A stretch of DNA of 32,000 nt from Cuniculiplasma divulgatum (GCF_900083515.1 NZ_LT671858.1:150001-182000); one strand, 5' to 3'. Counted from the first letter of the stretch, positions 1-10,755 are shown. Numbers and translations are program-made. The notes: generated by a model from the sequence alone, not told the origin.

Positions 1-412
1 AAAGAATCTCAGACTCTGCATTTTCTATAGCATTTTCTAATTTATTTTCAGCGGTGCTACTATTTTGGATAAATAGCATATTAGGAACCCTAACAGGGAA
101 ATTCTTTCTACTTTTCTTAACGTAGTCTTCAAGGCTGGATAAGTATTTCTTCATATCATCCAGTTCTGACTTAAAAGCCTCCTCTGGCATGACTGCTTCA
201 TAAGATTTTTTTAGTCTTGAACTAATAATTACCAACCCTTTCCTTTGAAGTTTACCAAGTATGTCGTAAATCCTAGGTTGTGGAATTCCCGTTTCTTTTA
301 TTATATCCGTTGGTTTCATTGCACCGTTTAACAAAAGGCAGGAATAAGCTTTAATCTCATACTTTGAAAGATGGAACCTTTCAAGTTCTTCAAAAATTTC
401 TTCTTCAACCAT
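1..412 (-). CDS. TrmB-family transcriptional regulator; N-terminal part is in the window and the gene runs off the left edge
   Basis: My own reverse-strand translation from the ATG at 412 gives MVEEEIFEELERFHLSKYEIKAYSCLLLNGAMKPTDIIKETGIPQPRIYDILGKLQRKGLV..., a typical TrmB N-terminal winged HTH. The frame stays open to position 1. It is absent from the ORF track because no stop lies in the window. Confidence 0.75.
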   Translation of the reverse strand, partial: MVEEEIFEELERFHLSKYEIKAYSCLLLNGAMKPTDIIKETGIPQPRIYDILGKLQRKGLVIISSRLKKSYEAVMPEEAFKSELDDMKKYLSSLEDYVKKSRKNFPVRVPNMLFIQNSSTAENKLENAIENAESEIL

Positions 413-797
413 AAATTGATAGCCTTAAACAACCTAATAATATTTTGCAACCATTCGCGGAAATTTACTAAATAAATGTTCATAGAATTTAATCTCAGAG
501 TCGGGAAAACCTTTAGGGTTTAAAGACTCTATCTTATTTAAACAATTCCAAATATATACTTACTTTATAATATGATTCTCCTATGGTTGCTTTTTAAAAT
601 TAAAGAAAAAATCTTTATATATTCAAATATAAGTGAGCCTTTACCACGAGAAAAGTCGTTCACTGTTATTGGAAAAAGTTAGTTAGACTGATATTAAAGA
701 TTCGTATGATATTTAAAAAAGCCTTAGCCTGAAAAAGCAATATTTTTCCATTTAAACTCTATAAAAAATGTGGCATGATCTTATGTTAAAAAGATTT

Positions 798-1586
798 TTA
801 ACCTATTCTTTTGTAAGGATCAGGTGCAGCTTCTATTAGTTTCTTGGTATAGTCTTCACTTGGAGAGCTGATAACATCCGCTGTCTTACCAGATTCCAAA
901 ATTCTGCCATCATTAATGATGTAAAGTCTATCAGTCAGGTAACTAACTGTGCTTAGATCATGGGTTATATACAGAATTGAAACTTTTCTTTTATTTCTTA
1001 GATATTTAAAAAGTTCTAAAATAGTTGCTCTAATAGAGGCATCTAGCATGGAAACCGGTTCATCAGCTATCAATAGAGACGGAGACGTTGCCAGAACCCT
1101 TGCTATGTATGCCCGTTGTCTTAAACCTCCTGAAAGTTCATGTGGCATTTTCCACCTGAAATTTTCCTGAGGTATTAGAGATACGTCTGCTAGAATATCA
1201 TTTATTGTTTCCTCGATATTTTGTGCATTTCTAAGTTTTAAAGGGCGTCTTATATGCCAGTCTACATTGTGTGTTGGATCTAGAGATGAGTACGGATCTT
1301 GAAAAATAAGCTGAACATTTCTCCGATATTCCTTTAATTCTTTTCCTTTAATATTTGTTATATCCTTTTCATTGTATAGCAATTTTCCTTCCGTAATTCT
1401 GTTCATCTTAAGTATTAAATTAGCTATTGTAGACTTTCCACTTCCACTTGCCCCTACCAAGCCAATTATTTCAGCCTTATCAACAAACATGTTAATGCCA
1501 TGGAGAACTTCCACAAAATTCTCAGATCCTCTTTTGCCCTTTACATCAAATCGTTTAACTACATCTTTAAGCTCTAGAACGTGCAT
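798..1586 (-). CDS. ABC transporter ATP-binding protein, Opp/Dpp type (OppF/DppF-like)
   Basis: Walker A GASGSGKST, ABC signature LSGGLRQR and Walker B LLIADEP. It overlaps the upstream ATPase gene by 20 nt, consistent with an operon. Confidence 0.9.
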   Translation of the reverse strand: MHVLELKDVVKRFDVKGKRGSENFVEVLHGINMFVDKAEIIGLVGASGSGKSTIANLILKMNRITEGKLLYNEKDITNIKGKELKEYRRNVQLIFQDPYSSLDPTHNVDWHIRRPLKLRNAQNIEETINDILADVSLIPQENFRWKMPHELSGGLRQRAYIARVLATSPSLLIADEPVSMLDASIRATILELFKYLRNKRKVSILYITHDLSTVSYLTDRLYIINDGRILESGKTADVISSPSEDYTKKLIEAAPDPYKRIG

Positions 1587-2547
1587 TGTTTATAGCCTCC
1601 TTTTTCCAATCTGGGTATCTTATGCAACTGTATTTAGTTCCATCTTCCTCTATTAGGATTGGTCTTCTTTCTCTACATTCATTAATCACAAAAGGACATC
1701 TTGCCGAAAAAACACAACCTTTCGGCGTTTCTGAGAAATCCAATGGCTCTCCCGGAATAGGATTTAACTTGTTTATTGACTTAGACATAGTGGGAATGCT
1801 ATCAAGAAGTAATTTAGTATATGGATGTTTTGCATCTGTAAGAAGTGCCTTATAAGGTCCCATTTCCATTATATTTCCACCATATAGAACCAGTACTCTA
1901 TCTGATATCTGAAAAAGTACCGAAATATCATGTGTAACTATAATTATAGACAATGACAGTTTTTTTTGAATCTCTTTTATAGTTTTTAAAATCTCATATT
2001 GAACAAGCACGTCAAGTCCTGTGGTAGGTTCATCCATAATTATAATTTTGGGTGAATACAACAGTGCCATTGCGATTATGACTCTCTGTTTCATCCCACC
2101 ACTTATTTCATGAGGATATCTATAAAGAACATCATAACCCAGATGTACAATATCAAGAACTCTATGTAAATCCTCAGTATTCATTTCTCTTTCATGAGAC
2201 TCTATTATGTCCATAAACTGATCTATAATTTTTTTCACGGGATTTAGAGAGTTCTGTGTTCCTTGTGGGACAAAACTAATAAACTCTCCTCTTACTTTTC
2301 TTAGTTCCTCTTCTTTCATTTTTAACATGTCTTTATTATCTATTTCCACGTTTCCTCCCAGTATATACCCTGGATATGATAGTGAGTTAAAAATTGAATA
2401 AAGCAGTGTAGTCTTACCCGAGCCAGATTCTCCGGATATCCCTAAAATTTCCCCATCCATTAATTCAAAGCTGAGATCATCAATTATCTTTACAAATCCT
2501 GATTCACTCAGATACCCGGAAATCATATTTTTAACCTCAAACTTCAA
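1567..2547 (-). CDS. ABC transporter ATP-binding protein, Opp/Dpp type (OppD/DppD-like) with C-terminal oligopeptide/dipeptide-transporter extension
   Basis: Walker A GESGSGKTT, signature ISGGMKQR and Walker B IIIMDEPTTGLD. The C-terminal Cys-containing tail (GCVFSARCPF) is typical of the OppD/F family. Confidence 0.9.
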   Translation of the reverse strand: MKFEVKNMISGYLSESGFVKIIDDLSFELMDGEILGISGESGSGKTTLLYSIFNSLSYPGYILGGNVEIDNKDMLKMKEEELRKVRGEFISFVPQGTQNSLNPVKKIIDQFMDIIESHEREMNTEDLHRVLDIVHLGYDVLYRYPHEISGGMKQRVIIAMALLYSPKIIIMDEPTTGLDVLVQYEILKTIKEIQKKLSLSIIIVTHDISVLFQISDRVLVLYGGNIMEMGPYKALLTDAKHPYTKLLLDSIPTMSKSINKLNPIPGEPLDFSETPKGCVFSARCPFVINECRERRPILIEEDGTKYSCIRYPDWKKEAINNARSRA

Positions 2548-3470
2548 TTCTTATCACCTATTTTCTTTAACGACTTTTGGATTTTTTTCCTAGAATAAAC
2601 TCTCAGCGTTGGATTTGCTATTTCATCAAAGCCACTGTTGAGTAATGAAAAACTCATCGCCAAACCCCCGATCGCAATAGAAACGGGTATATACCACCAC
2701 CATTCACCTGAAAGATATGCTTCATTGCTAATAGCCCAATACAGCATTGTTCCCCAGTTGATAGAATCAACGTTACCAAGACCAAAGAACTCTATCCATG
2801 TTAATCCAAGTACTCCGTACATTGCAGCGAAGAAAAAATTGCTAACTATCAATGGAAACATATTTCTAATAATCTGTCTGAATACTATGCTTAAATTTGA
2901 CTCTCCTATAAGTTTTGACGATTTAATGAAATTTCTGGTAGCAAGACTCTTAGTCTGAGACCTTAAAACTCTTGCACCCCATGCCCAACCAGTAATCGAT
3001 AACGCCAAAAAGATAGCAATGTAACTGAAAGAGATCCCTATTCCAATAAATAAGCTACCAATAATAATTACAATCATGATTCCAGGGATTATGACAAAAA
3101 CATAGCTAAGACCATCTAAAATCTTATCTGTTTTGCCACCAATCAAACCAGCACTCAATCCAACCAAAATAGAAATTAAAGTTGATACAAGACCAACTGC
3201 CAAACCAACACCAAGAGTGGGAGCAGCCCCATATAAGAATCTTGAAAACAGATCTTCTCCATACGCATTAGTGCCTAAAATATGGGAAAAACTTGGACTC
3301 AAATTGATAGCGAAAGAATTAAAACTTGGTGAATACGGCGAAAAGTCGGGCCCAAAAATTGCCAATAAAATGTATGCTATTAAGAGGAAAAACCCAATTG
3401 ATGATTTTTTGTTCGAAAAAATTCCAGAATTTATAAATTTTTTAATTAAATTTGAGAGTGATAAGGTCAT
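2544..3470 (-). CDS. ABC transporter permease (DppC/OppC-like)
   Basis: Polytopic membrane protein, and 4-nt overlaps with both flanking genes of the ABC operon. Confidence 0.85.
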   Translation of the reverse strand: MTLSLSNLIKKFINSGIFSNKKSSIGFFLLIAYILLAIFGPDFSPYSPSFNSFAINLSPSFSHILGTNAYGEDLFSRFLYGAAPTLGVGLAVGLVSTLISILVGLSAGLIGGKTDKILDGLSYVFVIIPGIMIVIIIGSLFIGIGISFSYIAIFLALSITGWAWGARVLRSQTKSLATRNFIKSSKLIGESNLSIVFRQIIRNMFPLIVSNFFFAAMYGVLGLTWIEFFGLGNVDSINWGTMLYWAISNEAYLSGEWWWYIPVSIAIGGLAMSFSLLNSGFDEIANPTLRVYSRKKIQKSLKKIGDKN

Positions 3471-4474
3471 TGCGAATCACTCCTAATTCTTGGGTCCATT
3501 ATTCCATATAATATTTCTGTAATAAAGTTAGCAACTAACGAGATCAAAACTATAACAATGAAAATACCATTAACAAGTGGATAATCTAAACCTTCAATTC
3601 CTTGATAAAGGTATTCCCCCAGACCTTGATATGAAAAAATCTGTTGTATTAGTATAACTCCAGTTATAGAAACTCCTATGGATATGCCAAAGCTAGTCAT
3701 GTTTGGTAAAATGGCGTTTCTTGTAGCATTCTTTCTCATTAATTTCTTCTTTACGCCCATAAGTTCAGAAAATTTAAGGAAATCGCTATTCAGAATGGTT
3801 ACCATGTTGTTTCTCATACCAAAAACCCAACCAGACAGGGTAGTAAGTACAAGAGTTGAAACTGGTAATATAGCATGATAGGCAACACTGGATATAAATG
3901 TTAAATTTAAGCCTGGGGTTAATCCCAGTTTGTAGGCATTTAAAGCTGGAACAACATTCAAGTCAACAGCAAATATTAGCATAAGTATGACTGCAAACGC
4001 AAATGCTGGAATTCCATACATGAACATTGGGATGAGTGTTGAAAGAGAATCTTTCCATGTACCTCTGGATAATGCAGCCACTCTTCCTAGATAGTTTCCA
4101 ACATAAAATGATATGACTATTGGTACAACCACAAGAAAAATAGTCCACCAGAACGAGTCTGCTATAATTGTTGCGACAGGCTCTGGAAAATATATGATAG
4201 AGACACCAAGATTTCCGTGAAACAAGTTTGATAAGTAACTAAAGTATTGAATATATAATGGTTGATGTGATATTCCTAGTTCAAGGTCTATTGCTTTAAT
4301 CAGAGTAGGGCTCACATATGCTCCATTAGCTGAAAGTCTTGCAATCACGGCCTCGGCAGGATTACCTGGAATTAATCTTGGGAGCGCAAATCCGACAGTA
4401 ACTGTAATAAAAAACAAAACTATGAAGTAAACCACTCTATCAAAAAAAAATTTATATCTCATACTCTCACTCAT
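3467..4474 (-). CDS. ABC transporter permease (DppB/OppB-like)
   Basis: Polytopic membrane protein. The conserved N-terminal LPRLIPGNPAE motif is typical of DppB/OppB permeases, and the gene sits in the operon. Confidence 0.85.
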   Translation of the reverse strand: MSESMRYKFFFDRVVYFIVLFFITVTVGFALPRLIPGNPAEAVIARLSANGAYVSPTLIKAIDLELGISHQPLYIQYFSYLSNLFHGNLGVSIIYFPEPVATIIADSFWWTIFLVVVPIVISFYVGNYLGRVAALSRGTWKDSLSTLIPMFMYGIPAFAFAVILMLIFAVDLNVVPALNAYKLGLTPGLNLTFISSVAYHAILPVSTLVLTTLSGWVFGMRNNMVTILNSDFLKFSELMGVKKKLMRKNATRNAILPNMTSFGISIGVSITGVILIQQIFSYQGLGEYLYQGIEGLDYPLVNGIFIVIVLISLVANFITEILYGIMDPRIRSDSQ

Positions 4475-4483
4475 AAAAGAAAA

Positions 4484-6367
4484 TTATTTGTTAAATTTTT
4501 TCTCCTTTTTGTTTTTATTTATATATGCATAGGACACAGCAACTGCAGCAATTATAACGATCGCAGCTATGATCCCATAGATGTAGTTAGATATTGGGGT
4601 TTTTGATGGTGTAACAGTTACGGATGGTTTTTGATCTGCTCTATCGAAGAGGTGAAGTGCAACAACTTCAAGTGCTGGGTTTTGCCATGGTGCCCCAACC
4701 CAGTAGTTATTGTTAGCAGTTGGGAATCCTCCTATTGTTTTGTTGTTGTATTCATACCATATAGCTGCGTTAACCGTAGTTACAACAGGGTCGTTTTTCA
4801 TAATTATGCTTGCCATTTTATTTATAAGTATGTTTTGGTCGTTAACGTTTGTGGTCTTTGAATATTCCTGTAAATATGTGGAAAAACCATCGGTCGAGGA
4901 ATTGAATCTTTCCCAGTCAGTTGTTGCTGTTTGGCCTATTGGAGTTACATTTCCACCATCATAATACTGACCATAAAACCCGTAGTATGGATTAGGCCCC
5001 CATTCGGTGTTGGAGTACTGAATTATCCAGTAATTTCCAGTTTGCATATCGTTGTACAAAGTGCTATAAACCGGAGTAACAACTGTTAATGTTATACCTA
5101 TGGCAGCCTCTTCCTGAGATATGATTGATATATCTGCATCCCAGTCTGTCCATCCAGCTGGAGTCATTATTGTCATCGTTGGAACTAGGGTTCCATTTGG
5201 TTCAACCAACTGTCCTTTACTATTCCACGTATATCCGTGTTCACTTAATATTTTTTTGGCAAGAGATACATTATATTGAGAAAGGTAATTCGCTAATTTT
5301 AGATTTGTACTGTTTAATACTGAAGATTGGGATTCCATCAAACTTAATCCAAGGGCTGGTGTTTCATACCCATATTCACCCTGCATGTAAAGTTTAGTCC
5401 TGTTAATAGCGAAACCCATAGCTTCTCTGAAGAATGTTTGGTTTAATGGAAATCTCATATTGTTCATCTGCTCGGCAACTGGCGTTTCATATCCAAAGTA
5501 GTAACCATAATTAGCTGGGTCTTTAGACACATATAATTTCTGAAGTCCTGGTATGAATAAACCACCCCATGACACCTGCCCATCTTCAAGCGCTAAGTCT
5601 GCTGCATTGTTACTGGTATAAGCATAATAAACTATGTGCGATAAATGTGGTTCATTAGGCTGCCAGTAGTGGGCATTAGCACTTAATTCTATCTCACTTG
5701 AAGAAACACTTGTCAATACGAAAGGACCTGTTCCAACAGGTTTTGGATTGGTATATGTCACAGGATTTGACACATTTTGCCAGATCTGCTTTGGAACAAT
5801 TAGGACTAAGTTCAGGTAGTAAAACGATGGTACATTTGGTGTCTTGTAAGTGAACTGCACTTCATATTGGTTTACCTCACTTACGGAAGTGATATAATCC
5901 CAAACAGAGTATGAGTCAAGTGCAGGATACTTCTTCATAAGGTTAAAAGTAAAGACAACATCACTTGCATTGAATTTCATTCCATTACTGAATGTTACAT
6001 TCTGTCTGAGATGCACAGTAAGTGTCAAATCTCCATTGCTCCATGCATAACTAGTCGCGAGCCAGGGAATCGTGGTGCCATTTAATGGATCAATCTGAAA
6101 CATTGGTTCATATATTAATGACTGGACTCCATTAGGGTATATAGAAGAGCTGAAAGGATTAAATGAATCAGTGAATGACTCATAAGGGGATGGTAAAACT
6201 ATGGCTGTCCCTCCAGATTTAATAGCAGTACTATTGGCTACATCACTAGTTACATTTCCACTTTGTGAACTATGTCCCAAGGGAGTATCGCTGGCAATGA
6301 TTCCATAAAATGCGGTACCTACCATGAGAAGCGTCACAAACACTATCAATAATTTTGTCGCTTTCAT
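4484..6367 (-). CDS. Extracellular solute-binding protein, family 5 (Opp/Dpp type), with N-terminal signal/anchor and C-terminal transmembrane anchor
   Basis: 627 aa, first gene of the ABC operon. It has an N-terminal hydrophobic segment, a C-terminal hydrophobic helix (IYGIIAAIVIIAAVAVSYAYI) followed by a Lys-rich tail, and many N-x-S/T sequons. Confidence 0.85.
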   Translation of the reverse strand: MKATKLLIVFVTLLMVGTAFYGIIASDTPLGHSSQSGNVTSDVANSTAIKSGGTAIVLPSPYESFTDSFNPFSSSIYPNGVQSLIYEPMFQIDPLNGTTIPWLATSYAWSNGDLTLTVHLRQNVTFSNGMKFNASDVVFTFNLMKKYPALDSYSVWDYITSVSEVNQYEVQFTYKTPNVPSFYYLNLVLIVPKQIWQNVSNPVTYTNPKPVGTGPFVLTSVSSSEIELSANAHYWQPNEPHLSHIVYYAYTSNNAADLALEDGQVSWGGLFIPGLQKLYVSKDPANYGYYFGYETPVAEQMNNMRFPLNQTFFREAMGFAINRTKLYMQGEYGYETPALGLSLMESQSSVLNSTNLKLANYLSQYNVSLAKKILSEHGYTWNSKGQLVEPNGTLVPTMTIMTPAGWTDWDADISIISQEEAAIGITLTVVTPVYSTLYNDMQTGNYWIIQYSNTEWGPNPYYGFYGQYYDGGNVTPIGQTATTDWERFNSSTDGFSTYLQEYSKTTNVNDQNILINKMASIIMKNDPVVTTVNAAIWYEYNNKTIGGFPTANNNYWVGAPWQNPALEVVALHLFDRADQKPSVTVTPSKTPISNYIYGIIAAIVIIAAVAVSYAYINKNKKEKKFNK

Positions 6368-6484
6368 AAAACTAAATATCTAAAACAGTATTTATAGATT
6401 CAAAATACTTACAGTCAGTAGTGACATTTGGTCAAAACTCGATCATCCCTATCAAATATAAATATGCGTATTTTCTAGGCATAC

Positions 6485-8437
6485 ATGATGGAAAATAAAT
6501 GGAAAGATAATTTCTTGTTAGGGGTAAATTATTGGCCAACAAGACAGAATATAAAAATGTGGAAAAACTGGGAACCAGAAGAGATTTCAAAGGATATAAC
6601 TTCCCTATCAAAGCTTGGTACGACAACATTGCGAGGTTTCATTCTGGACGAGGATTTCATAGATAATTATGGGAAAATAAATCAGGAAGCGCTGAAAAAC
6701 CTATCTCAATTTCTAGACATCTGTGCTTCCCGTGGGCAAAATGTAATGCTTACATTCATGGTAGGTCATATGAGTGGAAGAAACTGGTTTATACCGTGGG
6801 CACCTGAAAACCGGATCTATGACTATGAGTCCATAATCAAATTCACTGAGTTTGTGAAAACTATAGTGGTTAGATTCAGGAATCATCCAGCTATCGAAGG
6901 ATGGTTAATGAGTAATGAAATGAGCATAGTTTTAGAGCCAAAGGATAAGTATCAAGCTCTTTCAATTGAAAAATCATTCTACCAAACTGTAAAACTTTAT
7001 GATCCAAAACATCTGGCTTCATCCGGAGAAGTTATTTCTTATCTCCAGGAACCACAAAACATAGAAGGCTATTCGGACTATTCTGGGCTGCACATATATT
7101 TTTATGATAATGATAAAATAAGACATAGATTCACCTATGGCTCTATGTTAAGAATATACTCAAACGATGGAAATAACAGAAGTTTTCTTGAAGAATTCGG
7201 GTTTAGTACAAATCAAGTATCAGAGGACTCTCAGGGAGAATTCATTTATTCCATACTATGGTCATCCTTTATTAATGGCTCTCTTGGTGCCCTTATCTGG
7301 TGTAGTTCAGATTTTGAACAGATAGAAGACCCACCTTACGAATGGAGATTGATAGAACTTAATTTTGGATTGATGGATAACCACAGAAATCCTAAACTAT
7401 CGGGAAAACTATTCAAGAAATTTTCAGACGAAATAATGGAACTGGAAAGCAGTGGAATAAAAAGTAAAGATTTTTCAGAATCATCTAACGCCTCTGTTCT
7501 TGTACCTTTCTTTATATCCAATGAATATACGTCAATTGATCCTAATTACAAGAGACAGCTTTTCAGTAGATTTCCAAATGGGCTTACAATTTCCATTCAA
7601 CTCATGAAAATGGCAAACATTGAGAATAGTGCATTTTACGAAGACAACATTACAGAAAAGATAGAATCGAAGAAACTCATAATAATACCATCAACTCCTA
7701 CATTGAAGGCAACATCTTGGTCGAAAATCATGGAAGCGAGTGAAAAAAAGCAAGTAGGCATATATGCTTCAACATTCCGGGGAATTAGCGGTAAGATTTC
7801 GCTAAATAATTATCATGAATCATTTACTTATCTCTGGGAAGAATTATTTGGATTGCAAAATGTACTGGAAGCTGGTGAAAAAGGAATTCATTACAGCGAA
7901 AAAATCACATTAAACTTCCTGACAAACTTTGGGAAGATTAAAAAGGGAGAAAAGATAGAACTCATTCTTGACGAATTGCAAGTATATTCATATAGGGTAA
8001 AGGTAAAAGATGCCCAAGTAATTGCTCAGGATCAGTTTGGAAATCCTATTTTCACCAAATCAAACAAAGGCAAGAACTTCTTTATGAATATCCCAATGGA
8101 GCTTATTCTATCTTCTATTGAAGAAAATAATTGGAATCAAAAATATCACGAGATATATAGAGAGATAGGGAAAATGAGTGGAGTAGCTGTGGAACATGAA
8201 TCAACATGTCCATGGATAGAAATAGGAAGAAAGGAAGTTAACCATGGAGAATTCTTGGTAATGATTAATCATGGTCCGGAATCAGTATCTATTATATCAG
8301 ACATAAACAACGATTTCGTTAAAATTGGTGGAAACGCTGAGATAAAAAAAGTGGAGAGAAATAATATAGAAGTTCTGTTCCCTTCCGGAGGCATACTGGT
8401 GTTAAAGATTAATAAAATGAGAAAGCAAACTAAATAG
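6485..8437 (+). CDS. Clan GH-A (TIM-barrel) glycoside hydrolase, GH5/GH42-like
   Basis: N-terminal GVNYWP...W motif, candidate acid/base WLMSNEMS (N-E) and candidate nucleophile LEEFGF. It is divergent from the ABC operon. The GH family could not be assigned without a search. Confidence 0.6.
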   Translation: MMENKWKDNFLLGVNYWPTRQNIKMWKNWEPEEISKDITSLSKLGTTTLRGFILDEDFIDNYGKINQEALKNLSQFLDICASRGQNVMLTFMVGHMSGRNWFIPWAPENRIYDYESIIKFTEFVKTIVVRFRNHPAIEGWLMSNEMSIVLEPKDKYQALSIEKSFYQTVKLYDPKHLASSGEVISYLQEPQNIEGYSDYSGLHIYFYDNDKIRHRFTYGSMLRIYSNDGNNRSFLEEFGFSTNQVSEDSQGEFIYSILWSSFINGSLGALIWCSSDFEQIEDPPYEWRLIELNFGLMDNHRNPKLSGKLFKKFSDEIMELESSGIKSKDFSESSNASVLVPFFISNEYTSIDPNYKRQLFSRFPNGLTISIQLMKMANIENSAFYEDNITEKIESKKLIIIPSTPTLKATSWSKIMEASEKKQVGIYASTFRGISGKISLNNYHESFTYLWEELFGLQNVLEAGEKGIHYSEKITLNFLTNFGKIKKGEKIELILDELQVYSYRVKVKDAQVIAQDQFGNPIFTKSNKGKNFFMNIPMELILSSIEENNWNQKYHEIYREIGKMSGVAVEHESTCPWIEIGRKEVNHGEFLVMINHGPESVSIISDINNDFVKIGGNAEIKKVERNNIEVLFPSGGILVLKINKMRKQTK

Positions 8438-8456
8438 AATCAAATATCACAACCAA

Positions 8457-9635
8457 TCACTTCTTAGAATTTCTCAATACTGGAATATATCCTAGAACAG
8501 ATGTGGCAAAAAGTGGCAACGTTGCTATCGCATCATAAAGTGAGAAGTAGTCTGCCACAAATAGTATACCGGCAAGAGAAAGAACACGTCCTGCTACCAG
8601 ATAGTATTCCCTATTTATCCAAAAGTGTCTTGTTCTCTTAAAACCATCAAGATATTGCATAAATTCACTCACACCAAGATTAGAAAGAGGTGTTATGAAA
8701 AACAATATTATAGAAGATGCGAGAAATATTAATATTAGGGTATATGAGAATCTGACAATATAGGCAAGTGACGAAAGTATAACAAGAAATATTGCATAAG
8801 GCACATAACGTTTCACTTTCTTTTTCATATATGGAGCAATTGCATTGGAAACGAACCCAACAGAAGCTGTAACAGTCCCGTATATACCTGTGAGGACAAA
8901 ATTCCTAGTCAAATAGAAAACATAAACTGGAATAACTGCACTCATCACCATTCCCAGAATTGATGAAGTAAAAAATAATAACCTGAACTTTCCATATTTA
9001 TCTTCCTTTATTATTGTATTTTTTACATGAAATTCTCCCCCCTTTTCTCCGCTTGATCTAACAAGAAGGGATACAATTCCTGAAAGGAGAAGCAGAATAG
9101 AGGCAAGAAGAAAATCGTTAAGATACCTTTCTATACCTGTTGCAAAAGAATAGGCAATAAGTAGACCAGCAACTAAAGGTGCAACGAGTGAATTAAGGTT
9201 TGATACTGCAGAATTTATTGAAAGAAAGTTAAACCTCTTTATCGTCTTTGAGATCGCCAATGTAAATGTCGCATTGCCTGCCCAAAAAATACCTGATGAA
9301 ACCCCATACAGTAACCCAAAATATACAGCATTTCCCGAGAAAAAAGGAGAAATAAAAAGACTTGATATTACAGCAGCTTTAAGGAAAGTACCGATAGAAT
9401 ATAGAAATCTAGCACTAACGTATGCAATTAAATATGTGCCAACAAGAAAGAATAATGTTTGAGAAATCTGAAGTGATAACTGGTAATATATCACATCACT
9501 TATGTTATTTGAAGTGAAGAAAAGTACATTTATGAAGATCCCAAACAACCCATTAGAAAACGAGAATAACCCATATGATACATAGTACTTCAAAGGGTCG
9601 AAATTGGATTTCCCTTCTCTCCCTTCTAAATTCAT
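8457..9635 (-). CDS. Polytopic membrane transporter, MFS-like
   Basis: 392 aa with about 10-12 hydrophobic helices. No soluble domains are evident. Confidence 0.5.
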   Translation of the reverse strand: MNLEGREGKSNFDPLKYYVSYGLFSFSNGLFGIFINVLFFTSNNISDVIYYQLSLQISQTLFFLVGTYLIAYVSARFLYSIGTFLKAAVISSLFISPFFSGNAVYFGLLYGVSSGIFWAGNATFTLAISKTIKRFNFLSINSAVSNLNSLVAPLVAGLLIAYSFATGIERYLNDFLLASILLLLSGIVSLLVRSSGEKGGEFHVKNTIIKEDKYGKFRLLFFTSSILGMVMSAVIPVYVFYLTRNFVLTGIYGTVTASVGFVSNAIAPYMKKKVKRYVPYAIFLVILSSLAYIVRFSYTLILIFLASSIILFFITPLSNLGVSEFMQYLDGFKRTRHFWINREYYLVAGRVLSLAGILFVADYFSLYDAIATLPLFATSVLGYIPVLRNSKK

Positions 9636-9754
9636 CCACTTATATCTCTTTAAATAAAATAGTAATCCCGTTTATATCCATTTTTCTTTACTACTGTAAA
9701 TAGTTTAAAGATCACAAATATTAAGGTAAAATATGAGTTTGTTATTTGATCAAT

Positions 9755-10708
9755 ATGAATATATTGCTACTGGGAGGAAATGGTTTTGGTTTTGTTCACG
9801 CAGAGAGCTACAGGAAACTTGGGTACGATTTTTCAGTGTTTTCAAGAAATGAGGAAGTTTTGAAAAGATACAGAGACGAATTTCATGTTAAGAATACGTA
9901 TAATGATCTCAACGAGGCAATGAATTCTTCTCATGACGTAATTGATATGGTAATGCCACATTATATGCACAGAGATCTGGCTGTGAGAGCCATGAAGGAA
10001 GGCAAAAATGTACTGATAGAGAAACCTATCGCAGGCACTCTCGAAGAAGCAAGAGAGATGATAAAAGTGTCCAAAGAAAACAATGTAAAATTCATGGTAG
10101 CAGAACAGTATCATTTTGACTCCTCACTAATTCATTCAATGGAATACGAGAAAAAAGGGATGATTGGAAGAGTACACACAATCATAGTAAGAAGTCAAAA
10201 CCAGTTCAACAACCAGGGATGGAGAACTAATGAAAAGATGATGGGTGGTGGTGCGCTAATAGATGGAGGAATACACTTCATTGAAGCATTGCTGGATCTG
10301 GGTGGAGAGTATGAAGATATAATTTCAAGGGTGTATAAGGGAAAGTCATCTATAGAGGGAGAGGATAACACTGTTTCTCTTATCAAATTCAGATCAGGTG
10401 CCACAGGAATTTTCTACTATTCATGGAACTATATTTCTTCCCCTGATGTTCCGTCATTTGAGGTAATAGGAACTGAGGGGAGCATATATGAATTCAGGGG
10501 TATGAGGGAACCTGGTCAACCAAGAACTGCTTTCGGTATGCCTGTACTCAATGGAAAGATACAGAAAATTAAGGAGGTTGATGTTTTCGATGCAGAAATA
10601 TCTGGGTTCCTGACAACTATTGAAAGAGACGAGGAAGTTCCATATTCCCCTGAACTGGCATACAGAAATCTAAGTACAGTTCTTGAAATGTATAGAAATT
10701 CAAGATAG
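9755..10708 (+). CDS. Gfo/Idh/MocA-family NAD(P)-dependent oxidoreductase
   Basis: N-terminal Rossmann motif ILLLGGNGFG and the VLIEKPIA motif characteristic of the family. The ORF track starts at TTG 9746; I prefer the ATG at 9755. Confidence 0.8.
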   Translation: MNILLLGGNGFGFVHAESYRKLGYDFSVFSRNEEVLKRYRDEFHVKNTYNDLNEAMNSSHDVIDMVMPHYMHRDLAVRAMKEGKNVLIEKPIAGTLEEAREMIKVSKENNVKFMVAEQYHFDSSLIHSMEYEKKGMIGRVHTIIVRSQNQFNNQGWRTNEKMMGGGALIDGGIHFIEALLDLGGEYEDIISRVYKGKSSIEGEDNTVSLIKFRSGATGIFYYSWNYISSPDVPSFEVIGTEGSIYEFRGMREPGQPRTAFGMPVLNGKIQKIKEVDVFDAEISGFLTTIERDEEVPYSPELAYRNLSTVLEMYRNSR

Positions 10709-10755
10709 TAAGTTTAAGTGCAAATAAAATATTGAAATTTTATTTTTCCAGAATA

